From Candidatus Woesearchaeota archaeon (GTDB lineage: Archaea > Nanobdellota > Nanobdellia > Woesearchaeales > UBA10216), in assembly GCA_018303115.1 (NCBI GenBank), contig JAGVYT010000001.1, forward strand, positions 10,279 through 74,278: a DNA stretch of 64,000 nt, given 5' to 3'. How positions within the stretch are numbered: the stretch's first letter is position 1; the number at the start of each line of letters is the position of its first letter. Under the pieces are notes generated by a model. The model saw nothing but the letters and a program-made list of their open reading frames with translations. It was not told the origin of the DNA and made no database searches. A program made the translations under genes and the position numbers. This document shows positions 1 through 10,487 of the stretch, piece after piece.

Positions 1-2
1 CA

Positions 3-548
3 AAATACAAGGCAGAATGCGAAAAGGCACTGCAAAAAGAGGAAATGGAATGGGTTGTCATCAGACCGGCAACAGTATGCGGTTATGCGCGCAGGCTAAG
101 GCTTGACCTGGCAGTCAACATACTCACGGTCAACGCGCTCGTGAACAGAAAAATCAAAATCTTCGGGGGAAACCAGCTAAGGCCCAACATAAACATCAAG
201 GATATGGCAAGGTGCTATGAAGCCCTGCTAACAGCGCCCTCTGAAAAAATAAACCACCAAGTATTCAATGCAGGATACCAAAACCTCTCCATCAATAAAA
301 TTGCCAGAGCAGTCAAGAAGCTCTGCGGAGAAGACATTGAAATGGAAGTTGTCCCAACGGATGACAACAGGTCATACCACATCAACTCGGACAAAATTGC
401 AAGAATCCTCAGCTTCAAGCCGGAATTCACAGTAGAAGAGGCAATACAAAGCATCATAGACGCCTTCAAAAAGGGGCTGATTAAAGACGGCCTTAATAAT
501 CCAATATACCACAACATAAAAAGAATGAAAGAGCTTAATCTCAAGTAA
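3..548 (+). CDS. NAD-dependent epimerase/dehydratase (extended SDR), 5'-partial
   Basis: Frame is open from the window edge; RPATVCG, GGNQLRPNINIKD and FNAG motifs of an extended SDR C-terminal half. Confidence 0.85.
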   Translation, partial: KYKAECEKALQKEEMEWVVIRPATVCGYARRLRLDLAVNILTVNALVNRKIKIFGGNQLRPNINIKDMARCYEALLTAPSEKINHQVFNAGYQNLSINKIARAVKKLCGEDIEMEVVPTDDNRSYHINSDKIARILSFKPEFTVEEAIQSIIDAFKKGLIKDGLNNPIYHNIKRMKELNLK

Positions 549-2376
549 TCTCAAGAATCCTGTGGTCTTCATCTTCATACAAAACTCTCGCGTGCTCCCG
601 CATCAACCCCTCCATAAGGGACTCGCGGTGCTCAACATTTCCAAGCAAATCCCTTGCCAAATCTGTTTTTCCAAACAGGATGTGAGTGATGCCAAAACCC
701 TTCAATCCTGCATAAAGCTCACCTGCTGAAGAAAACTCATCAAAATCCAGCGTCTGCTGAAAATAGGTATCTGAAAGAAAATACTTACGCTCAAGATGAT
801 AGCTCCTTGTCTCCCGGAAGAAGAGAACATACGCCTCCTCAGAAAGGTTGTTGTTTGCAAACTGCAACGCCTTAAAAGGATTTGAATCCTCTCCGCCAGC
901 AAGGTAATTTTCCTTTGACACAACCCCAAACGCAGCAGGCATGCGCTTTGCAGCAATGCCAGCCCATACCGGAACAGAGAACAGCAGCACAAGAAGAACC
1001 AAGGCGGCAATGACAAGGCGATACCTTGACTTCTCAAGCACCCAAAACACAGAATAAGCAGCCGGCGGCATCAAGACTGCCATGACTGGAAGAAGATAGC
1101 GCAGCCCGGGATTTGTGAACTGCCACGCGAACATTGAAATAAAAAAGATGAGGACTGCATAGCCGGCAAACAGCCGCTTCCCGCCAGGAATGGCACGGGG
1201 GATGAAAAGGGGGAGAAAAACAAGGAAAAAAGGGGTAATGCCCAGAACGCTGTCAAACTTGACAGGGTTAAATGTTATTAGCACAGGAAGGACGGCAAAC
1301 TTTAAAATCCCCTTAACATTGAATGCGTTAAACCCGCTGTCCTCAGCAACTAGGCCTTCCATATGCCGGTTAAGCTCCACAGCCAGGGGGTCGCGAGTGA
1401 TTTTTGACAGGAACGGGTAAACAGGGTCGCCTGTGTTTGAGTAAACCCATGCGAACCATGGCGCTGCAACAAGCAGCATAACAGCACCTGCTGTTAAAGA
1501 ATACCTGGCGAACAGCTTGAAGTTGCTTCTATAACGCAGAATCAGCCACACAACAAAAGCCATAGCGAAAGCAACAGACGCAAATAAAGCGGTTATCTTG
1601 TAAAAAGCAAGCGAAGACGCAAAAACAGAAAACAACAACACCCACTTCATGCCCTGCCTTTCAGAAAAGGAAAGCAGGGAGTAAAAAGCCAGAATGGAAA
1701 AAAAGGCTATTGGAAGGTCTACGAGCGGCTGGGACGCCCACTCAATAAAAACAGGCATGCTGGCAAATGCCAAGCCGGCAAACCATGCCGCCTTTCTGGA
1801 GAAAAAGCGGTAAGTCGCTGCAGCAACAGCCAAAGCAGCCAACGAGCTAATAGTAGCTGCTAAAAGGCTCGGCACTTGCTCACCAACCCCAAATAATTCC
1901 GGCAGCACGTAGAGCATGCTAAAGCCATGGGGAATGCTGGCATGAATGTTATTCGGCATTTCAGAAACAGCGTGCTGCTGCGCGTAAAATTTTGCTATAG
2001 GAAGGTGGTAGTTAAGGGCGTCTATGCTGAACACAGGGGCAAGGGACATAACGAAATTGCCAATAAGAAGGAGCGCCAGGGCAAAAAACAGGAATGCGTT
2101 CAAATCCCACTTTACAGAAAGCCTTATTTTTCCCCAGCTTTTTATTTCACTTACAGAAAGAAGCAGGATAACAAAAGCCACTGCCACGAAAACCGGGCGG
2201 TAAAGCAGCCCGAGCAAGCCAAGATAAAAAATTCCCAGAGTTGCTAAAACAGTTCCCAGCCCGACAGAAAACAAAGCCTTCTCATACCATGCAAGCCCCA
2301 GCTTTGAAAGAACCCTTGAGCCAAGCAAATAAAAAATGGCTACCAAAGCAAGCCAAAAAAATATTTCAGCAATCAT
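541..2376 (-). CDS. Multi-pass membrane GT-C fold glycosyltransferase (ArnT/PMT-like)
   Basis: Many TM helices; DALNYHLP, PWF..Y..TGDPVYPF and RYLLP motifs; start placed at MIAEIFF. Confidence 0.75.
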   Translation of the reverse strand: MIAEIFFWLALVAIFYLLGSRVLSKLGLAWYEKALFSVGLGTVLATLGIFYLGLLGLLYRPVFVAVAFVILLLSVSEIKSWGKIRLSVKWDLNAFLFFALALLLIGNFVMSLAPVFSIDALNYHLPIAKFYAQQHAVSEMPNNIHASIPHGFSMLYVLPELFGVGEQVPSLLAATISSLAALAVAAATYRFFSRKAAWFAGLAFASMPVFIEWASQPLVDLPIAFFSILAFYSLLSFSERQGMKWVLLFSVFASSLAFYKITALFASVAFAMAFVVWLILRYRSNFKLFARYSLTAGAVMLLVAAPWFAWVYSNTGDPVYPFLSKITRDPLAVELNRHMEGLVAEDSGFNAFNVKGILKFAVLPVLITFNPVKFDSVLGITPFFLVFLPLFIPRAIPGGKRLFAGYAVLIFFISMFAWQFTNPGLRYLLPVMAVLMPPAAYSVFWVLEKSRYRLVIAALVLLVLLFSVPVWAGIAAKRMPAAFGVVSKENYLAGGEDSNPFKALQFANNNLSEEAYVLFFRETRSYHLERKYFLSDTYFQQTLDFDEFSSAGELYAGLKGFGITHILFGKTDLARDLLGNVEHRESLMEGLMREHARVLYEDEDHRILEIT

Positions 2377-2476
2377 GCGTAAAACCCCAGAATTTGAATT
2401 GAGCGGATAACCAGGAAAGCAGCTATAGCTACGACAATCCACAGCAGCAATAACAAGTCAAGCCCTTTACCCATTT

Positions 2477-3139
2477 TCATTCAAAGTAAATAAACTCGTA
2501 ATCGCCCGTATAGCCAAGGCGCTCAAAAAGCCACACCCACTCCTCAGGCCTGAAAAAAGACTCTGCAGTCAGCGCCCAGCACTCAAGGTTAAACAGCTCA
2601 AGCTCATTCCTGTAAGATTCCATTGTAACATACTTATTCCTGCCAACCCTTTCAATCTCACTCAATGCAGTCTGCAATTCAGGGAGGGTAAGGTTATGCA
2701 GGGTGTTAAGGGATATAACCAAATCAAACTCCTTGTCCCCAAACCCGTAAGGCTCCTGCGCCCTGTGCACGAAAAGACTGCTTTTAACCTCCTCCTTGGC
2801 ATTTTTTATGGCATATTCCGAAATGTCAAACCCCTTAACTTCGCATTTTGGAAGCAGCTTCTTAAACTCATAAAGAAGAAACGCCTTTCCGCACCCAACA
2901 TCCAGTATTTTTGCGTTTTCCTGAAGGTTGTAAGCCTCAATAAGCTTTTTCGCGACAGTCTCCCACCTTCCGTCATACCTGTAGCCGCCATAGCCGTATC
3001 TCCTATCCCCGTCCCAGTATTCCCGGCCATACTTCCTGGATATTTTCATGCACTCAACTTTATCATCATTCATTCTTCCGATACAATCCCTTTTCGACCT
3101 TTTATGCAGCGGCGTTATAATAGCCAACAGTTTTCCCAT
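2477..3139 (-). CDS. Class I SAM-dependent methyltransferase (sugar-cluster type)
   Basis: ILDVGCGKAF motif I; YWDGDRRYGYGGYRYDGRW N-terminal motif. Confidence 0.85.
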   Translation of the reverse strand: MGKLLAIITPLHKRSKRDCIGRMNDDKVECMKISRKYGREYWDGDRRYGYGGYRYDGRWETVAKKLIEAYNLQENAKILDVGCGKAFLLYEFKKLLPKCEVKGFDISEYAIKNAKEEVKSSLFVHRAQEPYGFGDKEFDLVISLNTLHNLTLPELQTALSEIERVGRNKYVTMESYRNELELFNLECWALTAESFFRPEEWVWLFERLGYTGDYEFIYFE

Positions 3140-3159
3140 ACTTAACACCTCACAACACC

Positions 3160-4080
3160 TCACGGCTTTTTCATAAGCTTTCTTATTTCTGCCAACAGGC
3201 TTCCAGCACTAACCGAATATTTTTCCATCAGACTCGCCTGAGAGCCATAACCATCCGGAAAAATGTCAGGGATGCCGATAATTCTGAACAGCTTGCCAAG
3301 ATTGGCTTCTGCTATGACTTCGGCTACAGCGCTTCCGAGCCCCCCGATAATGCTGTGCTCCTCAATGGTGATTATGCCCGACACTTTCCCGGCATACTTG
3401 AGAATGCTCTCCCTGTCTAAAGGTTTTATAGTGGGAACATGGAGTATCGAAACGTCAATCCCCTCATTTTTAATGGAATCTGCAGCTTCCTTAGCAAGCC
3501 CAAGCGTGATGCCAGTTGTTACAACCAGCACATCCTTTCCCTCCCTCATTGGAATGGCTCTGCCAATCTCAAAAGAATCATTGGAAGTGACTATGGGGTC
3601 AAAGCCCTTGGCAAGCCTTATGTAAATAGGGCCTGGGTAATCAACAGTTAGCGGCATCACCCTGCGCATTTCATCAGCATCAGCAGGGGCTATCACAGTC
3701 ATGTTCGGTATTGCACGCATAATAGCAATATCATCAATCGCCTCATGGGTTGGGCCAAGGGGGGCATACACAAGTCCACCGCCATTGCCAATAAGGCGGA
3801 CAGGCAGGTTATGCAGGCACAAGTCCAGAACAATCTGCTCAAAACAGCGCCTTGTTATAAAAGTTGCAATTGTGTTAACATAAACTATCTTGCCCTCAAG
3901 GGCAAGCCCTGCAGCCATCCCGATAATATTCTGCTCTGACACGCCCTCCATGAAAAAGCGATCAGGCATCTCCTTCTTGAACCTGTCAAGCGTGCCTGCG
4001 CCAAGGTCAGAGCCTATAAAGAATATTCTCCTGTCTTTTTTTGCCAGTTCGTAAACCATTTCCAAGCTTGTCTTGCGCAT
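3160..4080 (-). CDS. Transketolase C-terminal subunit (pyrimidine-binding plus C domain)
   Basis: GVSEQNIIGMAAGLA, LGPTHEAIDD, IEEHSIIGGLGSAVAE. Confidence 0.9.
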   Translation of the reverse strand: MRKTSLEMVYELAKKDRRIFFIGSDLGAGTLDRFKKEMPDRFFMEGVSEQNIIGMAAGLALEGKIVYVNTIATFITRRCFEQIVLDLCLHNLPVRLIGNGGGLVYAPLGPTHEAIDDIAIMRAIPNMTVIAPADADEMRRVMPLTVDYPGPIYIRLAKGFDPIVTSNDSFEIGRAIPMREGKDVLVVTTGITLGLAKEAADSIKNEGIDVSILHVPTIKPLDRESILKYAGKVSGIITIEEHSIIGGLGSAVAEVIAEANLGKLFRIIGIPDIFPDGYGSQASLMEKYSVSAGSLLAEIRKLMKKP

Positions 4081-4892
4081 CAGTATTCCTCCAGCCCCCT
4101 GTAAAGTTCCTTAATTTCACCGTCGTTCAACCCGCTCTTGTGATGCCATTCCATGTTGCCCTCTGCAAACTTAATGCCCTTGCCCTTCATAGTATGACAA
4201 ATGACAACGCTGGGCTTACCCGCATCTACAGGCAGGTTTGAGAACGCAGACTTAAGCTCATCCAAATCATGACCATCCACTTCCCTGACGCCAAACCCAA
4301 AACTCCTCCACTTATCAGCCAAAGGCTCCAGGTCCTGAATGCCAACTGTCGGGCCATAAGACTGATACTTGTTATAATCCATAACAACAACGAGATTGTC
4401 AAGCTTATGCTTCCCGGCAGACAAGGCAGCCTCCCACACGCTGCCCTCATCTGCCTCACCATCTCCAATGACGACAAAAGTGCGGTAACCTGCTTTTTCA
4501 TAGCGCGCATTAAGGGCCATGCCTATCCCCACAGGAAAGCCGTGTCCCAAACTGCCTGTTGAAAACTCAACGCCGGGTATTTTAGGCTCAGGATGACCCC
4601 CAAGAATGCCATCAATCTTACAGAATTTCCATAACTCTGATTCAGGGAAAAACCCTTTCTCTGCAAGAACTGCGTAAAGCGCAAGACAGCCATGACCTTT
4701 GCTGAGGATGAACCTGTCCCGCCCCTCCCATCCGGGGTTTTCGGCTTTGTAACGCAGAACATCATCATACAAAACCCTGATAATTTCCACCAGGGAAAAG
4801 GCAGAGCCCAGGTGCCCGCGCCTGCTGCACTCCAAAATCCTGATTATTGTCCTTCGCAGTTCCTTTGATTTAGCGTCAAGAGGCATCGTCAC
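4080..4892 (-). CDS. Transketolase N-terminal subunit (ThDP-binding)
   Basis: GHLGSAFS, DRFILSKGHG, STGSLGHG and GDGE...EG ThDP motif. Confidence 0.92.
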   Translation of the reverse strand: MTMPLDAKSKELRRTIIRILECSRRGHLGSAFSLVEIIRVLYDDVLRYKAENPGWEGRDRFILSKGHGCLALYAVLAEKGFFPESELWKFCKIDGILGGHPEPKIPGVEFSTGSLGHGFPVGIGMALNARYEKAGYRTFVVIGDGEADEGSVWEAALSAGKHKLDNLVVVMDYNKYQSYGPTVGIQDLEPLADKWRSFGFGVREVDGHDLDELKSAFSNLPVDAGKPSVVICHTMKGKGIKFAEGNMEWHHKSGLNDGEIKELYRGLEEY

Positions 4893-5950
4893 AACCCATA
4901 AGGAAAGTTCTTATAAACCAGAGAAACTTCGTCAAGAAGCACCCTTGCCTTAACAAGCTGCTCAGCCTGCACCTCCTCTGCCACCAGCGGTTCTCCATAA
5001 GCGAACTGCCTCCTGAGAAAATGCTCGGCAAGGAACTCGTTCAGGATGATAAGGCACCACTTGAGGCCGAAGAGAGGAAAAACAATCCTCAACCTTGCTT
5101 CAAGGGAGCTGTCTTCAGGAAAGCACGAAAGGACATTCCTGACAAAATGTTCCTTAAGCCCGGAACTAAGATTCATCTCCGGGTGAAGCAGAAAATCAGA
5201 AATTGTTTTTGCAGGGTCATCCCAGCCAAAATGCTCAAAATCAAGGAAAACGATAGAGCCGTCGCCTTTCCTCAATGCGTTATGGAATCCGAAGTCAGAC
5301 GGGCTTAGAACCATCCTTCTTTTCTTTATGAAAGAGCCGTATTCCAATTCGCTCCCAAAAAACTCCAGCTCTGACCTGCACCACCTGACAACTGAATTAA
5401 ACAAAGGCAGAAACTCCTCCTCAAGAAACCCGCTCAGGCCGACATCCTCTGAAATCTCAGCCAGCCGGTTATACCTTTTTTCCAAGTTTCCAACTACATC
5501 GCCAACCGAAAAAAAGGCCTCAGAAGCCGGAGAAATGCCGACAGCCTTCTGCCTCAGAGCATTAATCCTCTTAAGAAAATCAGAGGCATAGTCTATATCC
5601 CTCTCTGTTATACCCTGAGAACCAACCTTTGCCCCGTCAATATACTCGTAAATTGCAAAGCGTTGCTCATTATGAATGAAAATAGGCTCAGGGACGTTCC
5701 TTATCCCGTTATTCCAAAGAAAGCGCAAGGCGGAAAACTCCACGCCCATCCTGTCCCTGAAATCAAGCTCATTGGAAAAATAGAATTTACACGCGTATTT
5801 TTTAGAATCATTACACCTAACAAGATAAATCCTGCTGTTACGGCCCTTGGCGATTCTCTCAAAAGAACGCACGCCACTCCCCACTATAGGAAGTATAAGT
5901 GAAATCCTCTTCTGGAAGAACTTATCTTCCTGACCTGAATAAGTGCCCAT
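4889..5950 (-). CDS. APH/choline-kinase-like phosphotransferase
   Basis: GRNSRIY loop; SPSDFGFHN catalytic loop; FLDFEHFGWDDP. Confidence 0.8.
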   Translation of the reverse strand: MGTYSGQEDKFFQKRISLILPIVGSGVRSFERIAKGRNSRIYLVRCNDSKKYACKFYFSNELDFRDRMGVEFSALRFLWNNGIRNVPEPIFIHNEQRFAIYEYIDGAKVGSQGITERDIDYASDFLKRINALRQKAVGISPASEAFFSVGDVVGNLEKRYNRLAEISEDVGLSGFLEEEFLPLFNSVVRWCRSELEFFGSELEYGSFIKKRRMVLSPSDFGFHNALRKGDGSIVFLDFEHFGWDDPAKTISDFLLHPEMNLSSGLKEHFVRNVLSCFPEDSSLEARLRIVFPLFGLKWCLIILNEFLAEHFLRRQFAYGEPLVAEEVQAEQLVKARVLLDEVSLVYKNFPYGL

Positions 5951-6545
5951 TTATGCCATCCCAGCTCCTGAAAACCTTAACGCCGTCCAAATGCCCCTGC
6001 CCTCCATAAGGGTCATACAAAATCTTCTCGACCCATTCAGGGAACAGCCTGTCACAAAACGTTTCCTCAAGGTCGTCTATGAAATGCGTGCAGCCAAGCT
6101 GCCTGATTCGCTGCAGCTTCCCTTCCCTTGTAGACTCAAAGTGAACATCCGCTCTTGAAACAGCCAACCCCCCCTCTTTAAAAAAGTTGTTTCTTTCCAT
6201 CCAATCAAGCGCAGCTTTCCTGAAGTTGGAACCGCCCCCGAAGTAATTCGAGAACTCAGTCTTATGGCTGATTATAAAAACCTTAACCCTATTATCCTTA
6301 CACAGCCTGAAAAACCGCTCAACACCGTCTATAAGCTCAGCTTCCCCCATCCTCTGCCCGTAAATAACAGCCTGCACCTCCTGCCATTTTTCATCCCCGT
6401 GAACCTGCCTGACGGCATCGCGGATATGCCTTTTGACCTTCTTAATGCCCTCGCTGACTAAACCCATCTCCAGGGCAACCTTGTGTATCAGGGCATCATA
6501 GCTCACAATAGTGTTGTCCAAGTCCACTCCAATAACATAATCCAT
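5922..6545 (-). CDS. HAD-superfamily hydrolase
   Basis: GVDLDNTIV motif I, SHKT motif II, HFIDDL motif IV. Confidence 0.8.
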   Translation of the reverse strand: MDYVIGVDLDNTIVSYDALIHKVALEMGLVSEGIKKVKRHIRDAVRQVHGDEKWQEVQAVIYGQRMGEAELIDGVERFFRLCKDNRVKVFIISHKTEFSNYFGGGSNFRKAALDWMERNNFFKEGGLAVSRADVHFESTREGKLQRIRQLGCTHFIDDLEETFCDRLFPEWVEKILYDPYGGQGHLDGVKVFRSWDGINGHLFRSGR

Positions 6546-6643
6546 TGTGTTTTGGTTGAAAAGCAAATCTATATAAATATTCTGACATTCCTCTGCAAAG
6601 GGGTTTAAGCAAAAGCCGCGAATATAAAACAGGCTATAACAAA

Positions 6644-7525
6644 ATGCCTAACGAAATAGACAGGATTGTAATCTTCGGGCACACCGGATTCATAGGCAGG
6701 CATCTTGAGAGGTTCCTGAAAGAAAAACACCCTGAACTGGAAATAATAGGGGCTTCGCTTCCATCAGTTGACCTTACCAAGGACAGTGCTCCCGTAAAAG
6801 GGCTTTTTGGAATGAAAACAGCAGTCATCATGCTGTCTGCGCTTAAGAGGGAACACGGCGACAACCTGGACAATTTCTTAAAGAATGTAAAAATGGCTGT
6901 GAATGTCTGCAAGCAAATTGAAAACAATCCTGTCAAGCGATTCATTTACTTCAGCTCAGCAGCAGTTTACGGGGAGGACGTCCAAAATTTAAGCATCAAC
7001 GAGGACAGCCCGGTAACCCCGACAACATATTACGGGATAGCGAAACACAGCTGTGAAAGACTGCTTAGAAAAGCCACAGGCTCCGGAAAAGGAAGCGCTC
7101 TCACTATTTTGAGGCCGCCGATAATATACGGGCCAGGAGACAACTCAGGCTACAGCCCTTCCGGGTTTGCAAAAACAGCGATGAGAGGCGAAACCATAAA
7201 ATTGTGGGGGGACGGCACTGAAAAAAGGGAGTTTATATTCGTGGAGGATGTTGCGAGGGCAGTAGAGAAGCTTGTCTTAAACAACCACGATTGCACGTTG
7301 AACCTGGCAAGCGGCAAAAGCTACACTTTCGCTGAAATAATAGACGAGCTGTCAAAACTGACTAATTCAGAAATAAAAGTCGAATCAAGGAAGAGAACGA
7401 AAGAAAAGGCTGACCACGGATTTGAAAACACTGCGCTGCTGAAGGTGTTCCCGGAATTTTCGTTCACGCCGTTAAGCGAAGGCCTTAAGAAAACAATTGA
7501 CGCGATAAAAGGGGGAACAGAATGA
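6644..7525 (+). CDS. NAD-dependent epimerase/dehydratase
   Basis: GHTGFIG, SSAAVYG, YGIAK (YxxxK). Confidence 0.88.
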   Translation: MPNEIDRIVIFGHTGFIGRHLERFLKEKHPELEIIGASLPSVDLTKDSAPVKGLFGMKTAVIMLSALKREHGDNLDNFLKNVKMAVNVCKQIENNPVKRFIYFSSAAVYGEDVQNLSINEDSPVTPTTYYGIAKHSCERLLRKATGSGKGSALTILRPPIIYGPGDNSGYSPSGFAKTAMRGETIKLWGDGTEKREFIFVEDVARAVEKLVLNNHDCTLNLASGKSYTFAEIIDELSKLTNSEIKVESRKRTKEKADHGFENTALLKVFPEFSFTPLSEGLKKTIDAIKGGTE

Positions 7526-9264
7526 GGCGCCGCACCTGCCGAAGCTGCCGAAGCGATGAAGTAAGAACCATGCTGGATTTCGGGATGCAGCCCCTTTCCA
7601 ACAGGTTCCTGAAATCCCCTGAAAAAAATGAGCCAAGGCACAGGCTTGCAATCGGGTTCTGCCATGCCTGCGGCGTTTTACAGCTAACTGATACGTTCCC
7701 GGCGAATGAGCTTATACCCCCTCACAAGTGGCTTTCCTACACAGAGCCTGAAAAGCACCTTGACAAACTTGCTGATGCGCTATCAAAACTGCCGGGAATT
7801 GAAAAGGATGCTCCAATATTCGCCATAAGCTACAAAGACGACTCCCTGCTGAGGAGAATGGAGAAACTTGGATTCAAGAACGTGGCCAGGCTTAACCCAA
7901 GAGAAGACTTGGGCGCTGAAGGCGATTACGAAGGGGTTGAGCTTATCCAAAACCTGTTTAGCGCAGAGAAGGCAAGGGGGATTGCAGAAAAAAAGGGGAA
8001 ATTCGGCATAGTCATAGCAAGGCACATCCTGGAACACTCTTACGACACACTAGATTTCATGAATGGGATAAAGGAACTGCTAAAGCCGGGAGGGCACGCT
8101 GTTTTTGAAGTGCCTGACTGCACCCTTTCCATGGAAAAACTTGATTACTCAATGGTCTGGGAAGAGCACCCGTTATACTTAACCCCTGAAACCTTCAGGA
8201 ACTGCCTAGCCATGAGCGGGTTTTCAACCGACAGGCTGGAAACATACCACTACCCGCTGGAGAATTCCCTTGTTGCAATAACAAAAGCAGGCAATACGGC
8301 GTTTTCGCCAGACAAAGAAGCCATCCAAAAAGAAGAGAAAAGGGCAAAAGCGTTTGCGCAGGAATTTGAAAAAAGAAAGGCAATGCTCAAATCGTTCTTT
8401 TCCGGTTACAACGGAAAGATAGCGGTTTTCGGCGCAGGCCACAGCGCAAGCGCCATCATCAACCTTTTCGGGCTGGAAAACATTGCATGCGTTGCAGACG
8501 ACAATGAAAAAAAGCATGGGCTTCTGATGCCAGGCTCACACCTGCCGATAGTCAGTTCAGACGTCCTTGAAAAGGACATCGACCTTTGCGTGCTTAGCGT
8601 CAACCCGGAAGCTGAAGAAAAGATAATAGCCAAGAAAAACCGGTTCAGGGGAAGCTTTCTGTCATTCTCGCCGGCAAGCAGGCGCTCAATATATGCAAAC
8701 CTCGCACACCTTGGAAACCCCGCCAAGTTCAGGGAGGTCAGCAAGGAAGTATACTACACAACAGAAAGCAGTGCCAAGCTCTACAAGGAGGACATAAGCC
8801 TCTTCAAGGAAAAATCAAGGAATAACGAGAGGGGGAAAAGCAGAATATGCACCCACGAAAGCACTGAAAACAAGCTCCATGAGATGTTCATCGTATTCAG
8901 GAAAGGCGCTTACGTAAGGCCGCACAAGCACCTTGACAAGCTGGAGTCGTTCCACGTTGTTGAAGGCAGCGCTTACGTTGTAACCTTTGATGAGCAAGGC
9001 GGAATAACAAACCTGTTTGAAATAGGCGAGTACCAGTCAGGGAAGAATTTTTACTGCAGGATGGCAGGGCCAGCTTACCACACCCTCATAATAAAATCAG
9101 ACTACCTGGCATTCCACGAAGCCACAACAGGGCCTTTCAGGAAATCTGATACTGTCCATCCGGCATGGTCTCCGGAAGAAGGCGACAAAGAAGGCATCAA
9201 AAAATTCATGGATAAGTTAGAGGCTTCGGTTAAGAGGCTTTTAGAGGACAGGAAAAATGGGTAA
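7522..9264 (+). CDS. NDP-sugar C-methyltransferase-like protein fused to a C-terminal WbuC-family cupin
   Basis: CRSC...CHAC Zn motif, HILEH, WEEH, FGAG, DDNEKKHG; then RICTH...HEMFI...YVRPHKH...ESFHV cupin. Confidence 0.75.
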   Translation: MRRRTCRSCRSDEVRTMLDFGMQPLSNRFLKSPEKNEPRHRLAIGFCHACGVLQLTDTFPANELIPPHKWLSYTEPEKHLDKLADALSKLPGIEKDAPIFAISYKDDSLLRRMEKLGFKNVARLNPREDLGAEGDYEGVELIQNLFSAEKARGIAEKKGKFGIVIARHILEHSYDTLDFMNGIKELLKPGGHAVFEVPDCTLSMEKLDYSMVWEEHPLYLTPETFRNCLAMSGFSTDRLETYHYPLENSLVAITKAGNTAFSPDKEAIQKEEKRAKAFAQEFEKRKAMLKSFFSGYNGKIAVFGAGHSASAIINLFGLENIACVADDNEKKHGLLMPGSHLPIVSSDVLEKDIDLCVLSVNPEAEEKIIAKKNRFRGSFLSFSPASRRSIYANLAHLGNPAKFREVSKEVYYTTESSAKLYKEDISLFKEKSRNNERGKSRICTHESTENKLHEMFIVFRKGAYVRPHKHLDKLESFHVVEGSAYVVTFDEQGGITNLFEIGEYQSGKNFYCRMAGPAYHTLIIKSDYLAFHEATTGPFRKSDTVHPAWSPEEGDKEGIKKFMDKLEASVKRLLEDRKNG

Positions 9265-10486
9265 ATACACCAGGCGCGGCACGTGCAGGCTCTGCAGCTC
9301 AAAAGAGCTTGAACTTGCCTTTCAGCTTGCGCCAACGCCAATAGGAGATGCATACCTTCCAGTGAAGCAAAAACTAGAAAGCTATCCGGTTGAGCTTTTT
9401 TTGTGCAGAAGCTGCGGCCTTGCGCAACTGCTTGATGTTGTTGAGCCTGAAGAAGTATACCGCCCATACATATACAGGACAGCCGACTCACTGGGGCTGG
9501 TGGAACACTTCAGAAAATACGCTGATGAAGTAATGAAAGCCGTGAATCCCAAAAAAGGCGGCTTAGTGGTTGACATAGGCGGCAATGACGGCTCATTCCT
9601 GAAGTTTTTCAGAAATCATGGCATGAAAGTCCTTGGCGTTGACCCTGCAACCAAAATAGCCCGCGAAGCAACTGAATCCGGAATAAAAACACTGCCTGCC
9701 TTCTTCACGCCAGAACTCGCAAGCGAAATAAGGAAAGAGAACGGGAATGCCTCCATCATAACCGCAAACAACACAATGGCAAACATAGACGACCTGCAAG
9801 GCATGATGGACGGGGTAAAAAAGCTTTTAGCCCCTGACGGGGTGTTTGTGTTTGAAACAGGTTATGTGCTTGACCTGCTGCAGAAAAAAATCATTGACAA
9901 CATCTACCACGAGCACATAAGCTATTTCTCAGTAAAACCCCTTGAAAACTTTTTTCGGAATAATAGCCTGGAGCTCATAGACGCAAAGCGGGTGGCGACA
10001 AAAGGAGGCTCATTGAGATGCACAGTGCAGCTTAAAGGAGGTCCAAGGAAGCGCTCACCAGCAGCAGACGAGCTGATTAAGCTTGAGGCAGAAAGCAGAA
10101 TACACAACCACGAAACGTTCAGGGCATTTGCTTCCGAGCTGGAAAACATAAAAAACGAGCTGACTAAGCTGCTAAACGGGTTAAAGGCAAAAGGCAAGCT
10201 CATTGCAGGGTATGGGGCATCAGTAGGGGTAACCACCATACTGCATAATTTCGGACTAAACAAAAACCTGATAAGCTTCCTTGTTGATGACAACCCAAAC
10301 AGACAAAACTTATATAGCCCGGGCTTAAACATCCCAGTATTGAACCCAAAAGCGTTATACGAGAAAAAGCCGGACTACGTGGTCATCCTGGCCTGGCAAT
10401 ACGCAAAACCAATATTGGACAAGAACAAGGCTTATCTTAAACATGGGCGTTTCATAAACATAATCCCGAAAGTAGAGGTGGCATAA
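9257..10486 (+). CDS. NDP-hexose C-methyltransferase family
   Basis: CRLC/CRSC Zn ligands, DIGGNDG, IYHEHISYF, GGSLR, YGAS, ILAWQY. Confidence 0.85.
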   Translation: MGKYTRRGTCRLCSSKELELAFQLAPTPIGDAYLPVKQKLESYPVELFLCRSCGLAQLLDVVEPEEVYRPYIYRTADSLGLVEHFRKYADEVMKAVNPKKGGLVVDIGGNDGSFLKFFRNHGMKVLGVDPATKIAREATESGIKTLPAFFTPELASEIRKENGNASIITANNTMANIDDLQGMMDGVKKLLAPDGVFVFETGYVLDLLQKKIIDNIYHEHISYFSVKPLENFFRNNSLELIDAKRVATKGGSLRCTVQLKGGPRKRSPAADELIKLEAESRIHNHETFRAFASELENIKNELTKLLNGLKAKGKLIAGYGASVGVTTILHNFGLNKNLISFLVDDNPNRQNLYSPGLNIPVLNPKALYEKKPDYVVILAWQYAKPILDKNKAYLKHGRFINIIPKVEVA

Positions 10487-10487
10487 G

